From the NCBI GenBank assembly GCA_038229495.1, contig JBBROJ010000004.1, forward strand, positions 9,320-73,319: a stretch of 64,000 bases of DNA, read 5' to 3'. The stretch's first letter is position 1, and each line of letters starts with the position of its first letter. Below the pieces are notes generated by a model. That model was given only the letters and a program-made list of their open reading frames with translations. It did no database searches and was not told where the DNA came from. Both the position numbers and the translations under genes were made by a program. This DNA is from Chthonomonadales bacterium (GTDB lineage: Bacteria > Armatimonadota > Chthonomonadetes > Chthonomonadales > CAJBBX01). Below are positions 27,576 through 36,756 of the stretch, piece after piece.

Positions 27576-28898
27576 CTAGATCTTATACCCGTGCTGCAGA
27601 CGCGGCTTGACGATGATGTCCACCTCCGGCGCGTTCTTGGCGCGCAGGTTCTTCGCGTCCCACTCGATCTTCTTGCCGTCCGCCCAGACCGCGAGGTTGC
27701 CCAGGAGCACCGTCTCGGTGAGCGGGCCGGAGTAGCCGGGGAAGTTGGACATAGCGGGCGCGCCACCCTTGCATGCGAGAATGAACTCCTCGAAGTGGCC
27801 GGGGGAGACGGGGAAATCCACCGGCGTGGGGTCCGTATGGATGAATCGGCCACCGCCGCCGTAGTCGCCCGGCGTATAGAGCTGATCCTTATCGCCGATG
27901 ATGAGGGAGCCGCTGTCGGGGATCTTTCCATCGATCACAAGATCCTCGAACTTGCCGCCCTTGAAGAGCTCCTTCGGCGGAAGCTTGCCGCCGTCATACC
28001 AGAACATTTTGAGGCCGGGGCGGGAGGCGGTCGCCGGGAACTCGTAGGTGATGACGGACCAATGCGGGTAGCTGTCCTTGTTGTGACCGCCGGTCGTGGC
28101 CTGAACGGAAGTGGGGTTGCGCAGATCGAGCGCCATGTACGGCAGGTTCATCGTATGGCAGGCCATGTCTCCGAGCGCTCCCGTGCCGAAGTCCCACCAT
28201 CCGCGCCATGCGAACGTGTGATATCCGGGGCCGTAGGGGCGGTCGGGCGCGGGGCCGATCCAGGTGTCCCAGTGGAGGTAGGAGGGAACGGGCTGCGGCT
28301 CCGGGCGCGAGCCGCCCTGAGGCCAGATGGGGCGGTTGGTCCACACGTGGATTTCGGACACTTTGCCCAAAACGCCGCTCTTTACAAGATAGGCGTTCTT
28401 GCGCGTGCCGGGGTCCGACGTGCCCTGGTTGCCCATTTGCGTCGCCACCTTCGTCTTGCGGGCGATCTCCTGAAGCTGACGGGCCTCCCACAGGCTGTGC
28501 GTGAGCGGCTTCTGGCAGAACGTATGCTTGCCCATGTGCATCGCCATAGCGGCGGCAGGGCCATGATTGTGGTCTGGCGTGCTCACTGTCACGGCGTCGA
28601 TGCTCTTGCCCATCTCGTCGAGCATCTTGCGGTAGTCGGTGTACTGCTTCGCGCCCGGATATTTCTGGGCGGCTTTGGCAAGCGTGTTCTCGTCCACGTC
28701 GCAGATGGCGACGATGTTGCCGAGGCGGGCCGCGTCGGAAGAGTCGCTGTCGCCCTTGCCGCCCACGCCAATGCACCCGAAGTTGACGCGCTCGTTGGGA
28801 GACTTGTCCTGCGCGAGGACGCGGTCGGCGGCAATGACGCCGATTCCGGTCAAGGCAGCGGAGCGGATAAACTCGCGCCGGTTGCTCTGAAAACTCAT
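27576..28898 (-). CDS. Gfo/Idh/MocA-family oxidoreductase with a Tat signal
   Basis: Twin-arginine signal SNRREFIRSAALTG, Rossmann motif GCIGVGGKG, conserved CQKPL. Confidence 0.9.
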   Translation of the reverse strand: MSFQSNRREFIRSAALTGIGVIAADRVLAQDKSPNERVNFGCIGVGGKGDSDSSDAARLGNIVAICDVDENTLAKAAQKYPGAKQYTDYRKMLDEMGKSIDAVTVSTPDHNHGPAAAMAMHMGKHTFCQKPLTHSLWEARQLQEIARKTKVATQMGNQGTSDPGTRKNAYLVKSGVLGKVSEIHVWTNRPIWPQGGSRPEPQPVPSYLHWDTWIGPAPDRPYGPGYHTFAWRGWWDFGTGALGDMACHTMNLPYMALDLRNPTSVQATTGGHNKDSYPHWSVITYEFPATASRPGLKMFWYDGGKLPPKELFKGGKFEDLVIDGKIPDSGSLIIGDKDQLYTPGDYGGGGRFIHTDPTPVDFPVSPGHFEEFILACKGGAPAMSNFPGYSGPLTETVLLGNLAVWADGKKIEWDAKNLRAKNAPEVDIIVKPRLQHGYKI

Positions 28899-29207
28899 GT
28901 GGATTCCTCTCTGAAGTCGAAATTGGGATTGCAGTCATGCCCGCCGAGTGAGGGGGGCCTGCGCCATGACTGTAATACAATCTACTGTTACTCTCGCCGC
29001 AGGCAGATTCCTACCTCTTTAGTGAAATGAAATGTCATTGAGGCACTGCGCGGCCTTATTCGTGGGAACTCAATGGCTTCAAGACGGAACATGTAACCAT
29101 TGAGAATCGTTGAATGGCGGTAACCTGCCGTCGATTGAAGGGGTATGATTCGCATACGCCCCACGGGGAAGTCCGGCGCACCAAGCGAGAGAATCTGGAA
29201 CATCCAA

Positions 29208-29660
29208 ATGTTTGCAAAGCTGTGGCATACAATCACTTTCGTGGTCCTGTCGGCGTTTAGCTGGTGCCTGCACCGTACGGTTGCATCGCGCTACCGTGCG
29301 CAGGCGCACGTTACGGCGGCGTGGGTCGTTCGCGAAGTCCGCAAGGTGCTGAATGGCCGCGTGAACGGAGACCTCGCCTGGGAGCTGGACCAGTTCCAGC
29401 TCTTCCTCGCTCACGCCATCTATCGCGAACTGGTGCGAAATAACGGCTGTTATCCTATCTCGAACTCGCCGCTTCTCTCCCCTACCGCACTCTTCTACGA
29501 GGCCATCAAGAGCGCGCGCATCAACCCGCCCGCCCAGGTCATCAATGCGCTTCCTCACGTTCGCATCCGAATCGTCCCCGGCTGGGTAAAGGTCTACGGA
29601 ATCGGCATGCACGAAAGCGCGCCGACGGTGTTGTATCCGGCCCAGTTTACGCGTGGATAA
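29208..29660 (+). CDS. Hypothetical protein
   Basis: Third-codon-position GC and residue composition favour the plus frame over the overlapping minus ORF 29079..29612. N-terminal hydrophobic helix. No motif recognised. Confidence 0.45.
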   Translation: MFAKLWHTITFVVLSAFSWCLHRTVASRYRAQAHVTAAWVVREVRKVLNGRVNGDLAWELDQFQLFLAHAIYRELVRNNGCYPISNSPLLSPTALFYEAIKSARINPPAQVINALPHVRIRIVPGWVKVYGIGMHESAPTVLYPAQFTRG

Positions 29661-29723
29661 ATCGATTTTCCGTCCTTACTCGTGAGGAACCACTGCGCAT
29701 CAAAAGCAATTCGCGCACGGAAT

Positions 29724-29976
29724 AAATCCCAATGTTGTTGAAAGGACGCTTGGCTGCACCCAAAAATGGCCTGCTGCCGGGTTTGCGCGTGTCGTACTAC
29801 GCGTGTAAAACCGGTGTCTGGGGAGCCTTCGGCCAAACGTCCGCCGGACGGTAAACACATTCAATATACATCAAATCAGCATTTTCCCACCCGCGAGGGC
29901 GTTCGGCGGCTTGTCCGCCCCCCAGACACCGGTTTTACACCGGTGGTGGGATCAGCATTCAACAACAATGGGATTT
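29724..29976. repeat. About 250-bp element with nested inverted repeats (MITE-like or a structured RNA)
   Basis: Outer inverted repeat aaatcccaatgttgttgaa (29724-29742) versus 29958-29976, 18/19 matching. Inner perfect 21-bp inverted repeat gtgtaaaaccggtgtctgggg (29803-29823) versus 29920-29940. Confidence 0.8.
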
Positions 29977-30084
29977 AACTCGTACGCAAGATGGCAGTGT
30001 CTGCCGCACCATTTCGACGTTTCCGGATTCCACGCGGCGAAATAGAATCGCGAAACGCAGGATGACGCGCATCGTTCGGCGAAC

Positions 30085-31320
30085 GTGGATTCAACCGAAC
30101 GGGAGGATGGGAGCGAGACTATGAGCAGGGCACCGAGCGAGCGGGCGCGGGAAACCATTGAGCCTATCGGCGTCGTGGCGACGCCCGATCCTTCCGCGCC
30201 TGCGGGGTCCACTGGGTCGACTCCACCAGGCGGACGGCTGGTCTCGCTGGATACGCTCCGTGGCTTCAACATGTTCTGGATTATGGGGGGCGCGGAGTTG
30301 TTCGCTTCGGTCGCCAAGTACCTGAACCTATCGTGGCTCAACCCCATTAGCGACAACCTCACCGAGCACGTGAAGTGGGAGGGATTCCACTATCACGACA
30401 TGATCTTTCCGCTCTTTCTCTTTATCATGGGCGTAACGTTTCCGTTCTCGATGTCGCGCCGACTGGACGGCAGCTCGACGCGAGGGCGGCTGGCTCGCCG
30501 CGTAATTCTTAGGGCGGCAACTCTCGTTTTTCTAGGATGGGTCTACTACGGTCTCTTCGAACTGAAGGGAATCGAGCACCAGCGTATGATGGGCGTGCTA
30601 CAGCGGCTCGGCCTGGCGTGGGGAATCGCCGCGATGATCGCGCTCTTCACCAACATTCGAGGTCAGGCTGCCGCCGCTTGCACCCTGCTCGTCGGCTACT
30701 GGCTGGCAATGCGATACCTTCATGTTCCGGGCTTCCCAGCGGGCACTCTCACTGCCGAAGGCAATTTCGCCAACTATGTAGACCGACTGCTGTTCCTCCC
30801 TGGACAGCTCTACGAGAAGTATGGCGACCCCGAGGGCCTGTTCTCCACTATACCGGCGATTGCGACCGCGCTGCTCGGGATTCTGGCCGGTCATTGGCTG
30901 CGAACGACCAACGCGCCGATCAAGAAAGCTCAGGGCCTTGCAATCGCCGGGCTTGCCTGCCTCGCGCTCGGGCATTTATGGGGGCTGGAGTTTCCGGTCA
31001 TCAAAAAGATATGGACCAGCTCCTACGTCCTGGTCGCGGGCGGATGGAGCCTGCTTCTACTCGCCGCGTTCTACTGGGCCATCGACGTTCGGGGCTGGCG
31101 GCGCGGCACCTTCTTCTTCATCGTGATCGGCATGAACCCCATTACTATCTATCTCGGCCAGCGGATGATCGATTTCGACAAGACCGCGGTGTTCTTCTTT
31201 GGCGGCATGGCGAAGCATCTTCCATCTCTGTCGGCCATCATCACAGCCGCCAGCGAGTTCGCCATCCGCTGGCTATTCCTGCTTTTCCTCTTCCGCCGCA
31301 AGATTTTCCTCAGGATTTAG
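30085..31320 (+). CDS. DUF5009 / heparan-alpha-glucosaminide N-acetyltransferase-like membrane acyltransferase
   Basis: RLVSLDTLRGFNMFWIMG, HYHDMIFPLFLFIMGV, about 10 TM helices. The start could instead be ATG 30121. Confidence 0.7.
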   Translation: MDSTEREDGSETMSRAPSERARETIEPIGVVATPDPSAPAGSTGSTPPGGRLVSLDTLRGFNMFWIMGGAELFASVAKYLNLSWLNPISDNLTEHVKWEGFHYHDMIFPLFLFIMGVTFPFSMSRRLDGSSTRGRLARRVILRAATLVFLGWVYYGLFELKGIEHQRMMGVLQRLGLAWGIAAMIALFTNIRGQAAAACTLLVGYWLAMRYLHVPGFPAGTLTAEGNFANYVDRLLFLPGQLYEKYGDPEGLFSTIPAIATALLGILAGHWLRTTNAPIKKAQGLAIAGLACLALGHLWGLEFPVIKKIWTSSYVLVAGGWSLLLLAAFYWAIDVRGWRRGTFFFIVIGMNPITIYLGQRMIDFDKTAVFFFGGMAKHLPSLSAIITAASEFAIRWLFLLFLFRRKIFLRI

Positions 31321-31486
31321 CGGTCAACGGTTGGCCCTAACTTTTCAGCTGCGCCGTTCGTCGCAATCGATTCTTCTTCCCTCGGTCTAACGACAAACGT
31401 TTCCGTCGCACCTGGCGTCAGGCTGTTCCCCGCTATTCTTCGGACCGCCCATTCCACATATTCCGGCAATTTCACTAATATTTTCG

Positions 31487-31514
31487 TAAAGAAGCGGTTT
31501 CCACGTGCCGACAA
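31487..31514 (+). promoter_or_regulatory. Candidate sigma-28-type promoter upstream of flgB
   Basis: TAAA-N17-CCGACAA (gccgacaa, 7/8 to GCCGATAA), 131 nt upstream of the flgB ATG. Confidence 0.45.
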
Positions 31515-31644
31515 TACTTTTGTCGATAACCGGATCGCGCTGCGCGGACTACGCGTGCCGTGGGCAATCCGTAACATCCTCCTTGCCCGCGCAGGCATCT
31601 TTCGAACGCTCCAATCCCAGATTCTTCACTGTGAGGCACACCCA

Positions 31645-32034
31645 ATGCTTGACCGTCTCCTCAACACAGGCACTTTCCAGGCAGCGCAAGGCGCGTTGGA
31701 CGGCCTCTCCGCCCGGCACGCGGCCATTGCGGATAACCTCGCAAACGTCAATACGCCCGGCTATAAGCGAAAAGAGGTCCCTTTCGAGGATACTCTTGCC
31801 CGCGCTGTCAAGGACCAGACCTCGCAGTGCACCGGTGCGGCGAGCGGCCCGGTCCGTCCCTTTACGCCGTGCGTGACGCGAGACACCGATTCCCAGGCCC
31901 GCGCCGACGGCAACAATGTAGACATTGAAGCAGAGATGGTCCGCCTCGCGGATACCAGCCTGCGCTACGAAACGCTGACTCAGTACGTAGGCGGATTCTT
32001 CTCCGGCCTCAAGGCAGTTATTAACGCGAAGTAG
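31645..32034 (+). CDS. flgB: Flagellar basal-body rod protein FlgB
   Basis: ATG 31645 (MLDRLL...). NLANVNTPGYKRK rod motif. First gene of the cluster. Confidence 0.9.
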   Translation: MLDRLLNTGTFQAAQGALDGLSARHAAIADNLANVNTPGYKRKEVPFEDTLARAVKDQTSQCTGAASGPVRPFTPCVTRDTDSQARADGNNVDIEAEMVRLADTSLRYETLTQYVGGFFSGLKAVINAK

Positions 32035-32102
32035 GAAGTAGGAAGCCGGAAGACGGAATTCAGAAGAACGGCCCTGCTTCCGACTTCCGACTTCCGGCTT
32101 CC
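32034..32102. repeat. GGAAG array plus inverted CTTCC array (hairpin) in the flgB-flgC spacer
   Basis: ggaagtaggaagccggaagacggaattcagaag ... cttccgacttccgacttccggcttcc, then AGGAG and the flgC ATG. Confidence 0.85.
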
Positions 32103-32113
32103 AGGAGACCAAC

Positions 32114-32557
32114 ATGAGCATCGCCCGTTCTCTCCAGATTAGCGCCAGCGGCCTTACGGCCGAGCGGCTGCGCATGGACGTTATCAGTAACAACATTGCG
32201 AACGTCAATACAACGCAGACAGCCGCGGGTACGCCCTATCGCCGCCAGCACGTCATATTCGCCGCGAGCGAAGGCGGCTCAGATTTTCCCTCTGCCCTCC
32301 GATCCGCGGCTGGAATGCGCTCGTCCGAGCCAAACGGCGGCGGTGTGCGCGTTGCGTCCGTCGAAGCCGACAAGGGCGACTTCAAGCGCGTCAAGGACCC
32401 GGACAGCCCCACCGGCTACACCCTACTGCCCAACATCGAGCCGGTCATGGAGATGGTGGACCTGATCACCGCCACCCGCGCGTACGACGCCGGCGTGACT
32501 GCCATTGGAGCCGCCAAGCAAATGCAGCAGAAAGCTTTGGAGATAGGAAGAGGGTAA
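32114..32557 (+). CDS. flgC: Flagellar basal-body rod protein FlgC
   Basis: SASGLTAERLRMDVISNNIANVNTT, and C-terminal MVDLITATRAYDAG. Confidence 0.95.
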   Translation: MSIARSLQISASGLTAERLRMDVISNNIANVNTTQTAAGTPYRRQHVIFAASEGGSDFPSALRSAAGMRSSEPNGGGVRVASVEADKGDFKRVKDPDSPTGYTLLPNIEPVMEMVDLITATRAYDAGVTAIGAAKQMQQKALEIGRG

Positions 32558-32574
32558 GTAGTCAATTAGTCAAT

Positions 32575-32635
32575 GGGTCAACGAGTAAGTGAACGGCCTC
32601 CCTATTGACTCATTTACCAATTTGCTCGTTGACCC
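32575..32635. repeat. GTCAATG/GTCAACG-family hairpin in the flgC-fliE spacer
   Basis: gggtcaacgag (32575-32585) pairs with ctcgttgaccc (32625-32635). Flanked by gtcaattagtcaatg and ttgactcatttacc units. Confidence 0.7.
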
Positions 32636-32657
32636 GTTAGTGGAAAGGTTTATCACG

Positions 32658-32984
32658 ATGCCGGTTGATGCAATCGCGCCGATAGGGGCGCGTGGAGCGC
32701 AGCAGATTATTCCGAATGAGATGGGCGCGGGCCTGTCGATTCCGGGGGCCGAAACGCAGGACGGCAAGTCCTTCGGACAGTTCCTCACCAATGCGCTGGG
32801 CGACGTAAACGCTCTCCAGCACAATGCAGGTGACATGGTCCAGAAGTTCGCCACCGGCGCGCCGATGGACGTTCACCAGGTGATGATCGCCATTGAGCAG
32901 GCGGGTACCGCGCTGGCGCTCACCACGCAGGTCCGAAACAAGCTGGTCGACGCTTATCAGGAAGTGATGCACACACAGGTCTAG
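32658..32984 (+). CDS. fliE: Flagellar hook-basal body complex protein FliE
   Basis: ATG 32658. SFGQFLTNALGDVNALQ...DVHQVMIAIEQAGTALALTTQVRNKLVDAYQEVM. Confidence 0.9.
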   Translation: MPVDAIAPIGARGAQQIIPNEMGAGLSIPGAETQDGKSFGQFLTNALGDVNALQHNAGDMVQKFATGAPMDVHQVMIAIEQAGTALALTTQVRNKLVDAYQEVMHTQV

Positions 32985-32990
32985 GAGGGA

Positions 32991-33077
32991 GGACGGAAGA
33001 CGGAAGACGGAAGACGGAAGATGCGGGTCTCGGGTGGCCCAGGCTTCCGGCTTCTGACTTCCGGCTTCCGACTTCCG
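32991..33077. repeat. (GGAAGAC)x4 plus an inverted (CTTCCGN) array forming a hairpin in the fliE-fliF spacer
   Basis: ggacggaagacggaagacggaagacggaaga ... cttccggcttctgacttccggcttccgacttccg, about 22-nt loop, then GAGGGG and the fliF ATG. Confidence 0.9.
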
Positions 33078-33096
33078 CATTAAAGAGGGGAACTCG

Positions 33097-34782
33097 ATGC
33101 AGGAAGGTCTGGCCCGGATAAAGCAGCTCTGGCAGGACACCAGCCGGCCGAATCAGATCATGATCTCCGCGGCGGCAGTCGCGGCGCTTGTCGTCGCTAT
33201 CGGATTCGTCTACTGGGCGAGCGCGCCGGAGTATTCGACGCTGGTTTCCAACGCGTCGCCGGAAAACGCGAACAAGATTATCAACCAGCTCAAGGAGAAG
33301 AAGATTGCCTATCGCGCCTCCAACGGTTCCATCGAGGTTCCGGCAGGGCAGAAGGACGAGCTTCTCATGGAGTTGGCGGGCACGGGAGCGCTGGAGCAGG
33401 GTTCCGCCGGCTGGGGAATGCTCGAAAAAGCGCCCTTCGGCCAGACGCAGGCAATGGAGCAGGAGACCATCCGTCACGCCCACGAGGTGATGATGGAACA
33501 GACCATCTCCAAGCTCGCGCCGGTCGCCTCCGCTACGGTCCACTTCACCGATGGCGACAAGAACGAGCTCTTCGATCCGACCAAGAAAGAGGGCACCGCG
33601 AACGTCACCGTCCGCGTCAAGCCCGGCAATGAGCTTACCAAAGAGAACGTCCGCTCCATTGTCGCCCTTCTTCAGAGCGGCTACGCAAACATCCCTTCCT
33701 CCAGCATCTTCGTCGTGGACGGCCAGGGCAGCCTGCGTTGGAACGGCGCGGAGCAGGCTGAGGGCCTCTCCAACTCTGATGAGCGGCAGGTCCAGGAAGC
33801 GCGCAAGGCCGAAGAGCTTTCCCATAAGATTCAGGCGCATATCGATAGAATCGCGGGTCCGGGCAGGTCAACGGTACTTGTCCGCGCCACGCTGAATCTC
33901 GACAAGCGCAAGATACACGAGAACCTGCTGCTGCCGGGCCAGCCGACTACCAAGAGCACGACCGAGGAGTCGCTTTCCGGTGGCGCGCTTGGTAACCGCG
34001 CGGGAGTCCCCGCTTCTCCCGGAGTCGCTTCCAATTCCAACGGCGCGACTCCACCCACGTATGCAGGGTCCAACAGCGTGGATGCGAGCAACGGCAAATA
34101 CAGCAGCACAACCTCGTCGGTAACGACGACGCCCGGCATGCGCGAGACCAATACCGTGGAAGCCCCCGGTGAAATCAAGACCGCGGCCGTCATCGTTACG
34201 CTCGATAAGGCCATCAAGCCGGAGACGATTGCCACACTGAAGGGGCAGATCCCTATTCTTATGGGCGATGATCCGGCGAATCCGAATCCGAATATCAGGG
34301 TGTCCGTGGAAACCGCCGACTTCGACCGTTCGGCGCTCTCCGCGGACGAAAAGGCGGCCAAAGAGGCTGTGACAAACGAGCGCATGAACAAGATGTTGAG
34401 TTATGGCGTTCCGCTCGTTCTCATGCTAGGGATGCTTTTCATTCTTGCCAAGGCGCTCAAGCGTCCGCAGACAGCGGGCATGCTGGCTCGGCATCCATCG
34501 CACGGAGCCAACGGCTTTCAGCTGGCAGGAGCGGGCGGGCACGGCGGTATCAATATGCTGGCGGGTGACGACCTGCCTGCCGGTATGAGTGTCGACCAGG
34601 CGCTCAACGGCGGCGTCGGCAAAATCGTCCCCGTTGGAAGAGAGTCTCTGGACCACACGTTCGACGTCATTTCCGAACAGTTCGACTCGAACCTGGAATC
34701 CATCCTGCACCTTGCAAAGTCCAAGCCAGATACGGTCGCCGCGCTCGTCAAGAGCTGGATGATGACAGAAGAAAAGAAGTAG
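33097..34782 (+). CDS. fliF: Flagellar M-ring/MS-ring protein FliF
   Basis: 561 aa. N-terminal TM helix, YscJ/FliF ring-building motifs, second TM helix (VPLVLMLGMLFIL), C-terminal FliG-binding tail. Confidence 0.93.
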   Translation: MQEGLARIKQLWQDTSRPNQIMISAAAVAALVVAIGFVYWASAPEYSTLVSNASPENANKIINQLKEKKIAYRASNGSIEVPAGQKDELLMELAGTGALEQGSAGWGMLEKAPFGQTQAMEQETIRHAHEVMMEQTISKLAPVASATVHFTDGDKNELFDPTKKEGTANVTVRVKPGNELTKENVRSIVALLQSGYANIPSSSIFVVDGQGSLRWNGAEQAEGLSNSDERQVQEARKAEELSHKIQAHIDRIAGPGRSTVLVRATLNLDKRKIHENLLLPGQPTTKSTTEESLSGGALGNRAGVPASPGVASNSNGATPPTYAGSNSVDASNGKYSSTTSSVTTTPGMRETNTVEAPGEIKTAAVIVTLDKAIKPETIATLKGQIPILMGDDPANPNPNIRVSVETADFDRSALSADEKAAKEAVTNERMNKMLSYGVPLVLMLGMLFILAKALKRPQTAGMLARHPSHGANGFQLAGAGGHGGINMLAGDDLPAGMSVDQALNGGVGKIVPVGRESLDHTFDVISEQFDSNLESILHLAKSKPDTVAALVKSWMMTEEKK

Positions 34783-34788
34783 ATAGGA

Positions 34789-34876
34789 GGGGTGTTCGGT
34801 ATTCAGGTATTCGGGTGCGGGATTCAAAGCGCTCCGCATCTCCCCAAAACCTGAAAACTTGAATACCAGAACACCC
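34789..34876. repeat. GGTGTTCAGGTATTC-family hairpin in the fliF-fliG spacer
   Basis: ggggtgttcggtattcaggtattcgggtg ... cctgaaaacttgaataccagaacaccc. Same unit family as 5861-5892 and 36680-36756. Confidence 0.8.
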
Positions 34877-34893
34877 TCTTCCGGAGGAAGCTC

Positions 34894-35904
34894 GTGGCTC
34901 GAACGAATCAACTGAACAACAAGCAGAAAGCTGCCGTGCTGATGATTGCTCTCGGTCCCGAGGCGTCCGGCAAGCTGTGCCAGTTCATGCCGGAAGATGA
35001 CGTAGAGCAGCTTATGATCGAAGTGGCGCGTCTCGGCCAGGTGTCGCATAGCGACCGCTGCACCATCATATCCGAGTTCCGCGAGCTCTGTCTCGCGCAG
35101 GAAGTTATTTCGGAGGGCGGAATTCAACACGCCCGAAAGTTCCTCGAGTCGGCGTTCGGCGAAGAGAAAGCCAGCACCATCGTAGGGAGGGTCGTCAGCG
35201 CGCTTCAGGTGCTTCCCTTCGATTTCGTCAAGAAAACGGACCCGGCCCAGCTCATCTCCTTCATTCAGGAAGAGCATCCGCAGACCATCGCGCTCATTCT
35301 TGCTCACCTCGCGCCAAACCAGGCTGCCGCCGTGCTGTCGGGGCTTCCCCAGGAGATACGCGGCGAGGTCGCGCGCCGCATGGCGATTATGGACCGAACT
35401 CCGCCGGAGGTAGTCCGCGAGATTGAGCGTGTGCTTCAGAGCAAGCTCTCGTCGGTCGTTTCGCAGAGCTTTACGGCCGTGGGCGGCGTAAAGTCGCTCG
35501 TGGACGTTATCAATTGCGTGGACCGGCAGACGGAAAAGACAATCCTGGAAGCGCTCACCGAAAACAGCCCGGAAATCGCCGAAGAGGTCAAAAAGATGAT
35601 GTTCGTCTTCGAGGACATTATCACGCTTGACGATCCGTCGATTCAAAAAGTGCTTCGCGAGGTGGAGATGAAGGAGCTTGGCCTGGCGCTCAAAGGCGTG
35701 GGCGACGAAGTCCAGAGCCGTATATTCCGCAACATGTCCGAGCGCGCGGCAAACATGCTTCGGGAGGATATGGAGTTTATGGGGCCGGTTCGCCTCCGTT
35801 CCGTCGAAGAGGCGCAGCAGCGTGTCGTGGCGATCATCCGGCGCCTGGAAGAGAGCGGGGAGATTGTGGTCGCTCGCGGCGGCGGGGAGGAACTGATTGT
35901 CTAG
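34894..35904 (+). CDS. fliG: Flagellar motor switch protein FliG
   Basis: GTG start after GGAGGAAG. KAAVLMIALG, EHPQTIALILAHL, C-terminal torque-helix region. Confidence 0.95.
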   Translation: MARTNQLNNKQKAAVLMIALGPEASGKLCQFMPEDDVEQLMIEVARLGQVSHSDRCTIISEFRELCLAQEVISEGGIQHARKFLESAFGEEKASTIVGRVVSALQVLPFDFVKKTDPAQLISFIQEEHPQTIALILAHLAPNQAAAVLSGLPQEIRGEVARRMAIMDRTPPEVVREIERVLQSKLSSVVSQSFTAVGGVKSLVDVINCVDRQTEKTILEALTENSPEIAEEVKKMMFVFEDIITLDDPSIQKVLREVEMKELGLALKGVGDEVQSRIFRNMSERAANMLREDMEFMGPVRLRSVEEAQQRVVAIIRRLEESGEIVVARGGGEELIV

Positions 35905-36619
35905 CGTTGTCAAAGCCGCCAATGGGATCCCGATCTCGCAATTCGGCGAAATCAGTATCGTGGCGAAACAGGAGCAGCGGCGTATTTGGGGCCAGGAGCC
36001 CGAATCCATCGAAGTTCAGATGCTTCGCGCGGAGGCCGCGGATGAGGCGCGCGAAATGGTTCGCGACGCTTTAGAACATGCGGCCCGTATTCGCGAGGAG
36101 GCTCGCCAGTCGGGCTACCTGGAGGGCTACTCCTCCGGTCACGATACTGCGCTTGAAGATGCAGCATTTAAGCTGGAAAGAGATCGTGAATCACTGCGGG
36201 CCGATCTTCAGTCATTCTTGGACCAAATAGACTGCGAGCGCCGCCGCATGTGGCGCGACGCCGAACCGCAGATTATTACGTTCGTACTGGAGATCGCTCG
36301 TAAGGTCGTGAAGGACGAGGCGCGAGTGAACCGCGACGTCGTTCTCTCCGTGGTGCGGAATGCCTTACGGCGCGTCGTGGATACGGAGAACATACGCGTC
36401 CGCGTCAACATGGAAGACCTTGACACCGTTCGGTCTTCGCGCGAGGACCTTGCTTCGCTGATCGAGGGCATTCGCGGCGTAGAAATCGTCGCCGACCGCC
36501 GCGTCGATCCGGGCGGCTGCGTAGTGGAGACCGGCTCGGGCACTATCGACGCCAAGATCGATACCCAGTTCGATGAAGTCGTCTCCGCGTTCCGGGTGAT
36601 GATGGATGAAGCGGCGTGA
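35897..36619 (+). CDS. fliH: Flagellar assembly protein FliH
   Basis: TTG start overlaps the fliG stop by 8 nt. C-terminal FliH domain (IITFVLEIARKVV...GGCVVETGSGTIDAKIDTQF). Confidence 0.85.
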   Translation: MSSVVKAANGIPISQFGEISIVAKQEQRRIWGQEPESIEVQMLRAEAADEAREMVRDALEHAARIREEARQSGYLEGYSSGHDTALEDAAFKLERDRESLRADLQSFLDQIDCERRRMWRDAEPQIITFVLEIARKVVKDEARVNRDVVLSVVRNALRRVVDTENIRVRVNMEDLDTVRSSREDLASLIEGIRGVEIVADRRVDPGGCVVETGSGTIDAKIDTQFDEVVSAFRVMMDEAA

Positions 36620-36624
36620 GGAGT

Positions 36625-36756
36625 GACGACGGAAGTCGGAAGTCGGAAGACGGAAGTCGGAAGACCAACGACCCGCAGACCACCAAATACCTGAACACCA
36701 AATACCCGAATACCTGAACACCCGAATACGCGAATACCCGAACATCCTAAACACCC
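36625..36756. repeat. Composite array (GGAAGWC)x5 - CCAACGACC - (AATACCYGAAYACC)x5 abutting the fliI ATG
   Basis: Same neighbour order as the lon-upstream array read in lon orientation. No Shine-Dalgarno sequence is visible before the fliI ATG. Confidence 0.9.

Noticed and set aside
27591-29030. A 479-aa plus-strand ORF, and minus-frame ORF 27994..28980, overlapping the Gfo/Idh/MocA gene.
   Set aside because: The oxidoreductase frame has a Tat signal, a Rossmann motif and family-wide similarity. The alternatives are Arg/Ala/Gly-rich shadows.
29079-29612. A minus-strand 177-aa ORF overlapping the 29208..29660 hypothetical gene.
   Set aside because: Its Asp/Arg/Gly/Val-rich composition and weaker third-position GC bias suggest it is the shadow of the plus-strand frame. 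Neither ORF is strongly supported.
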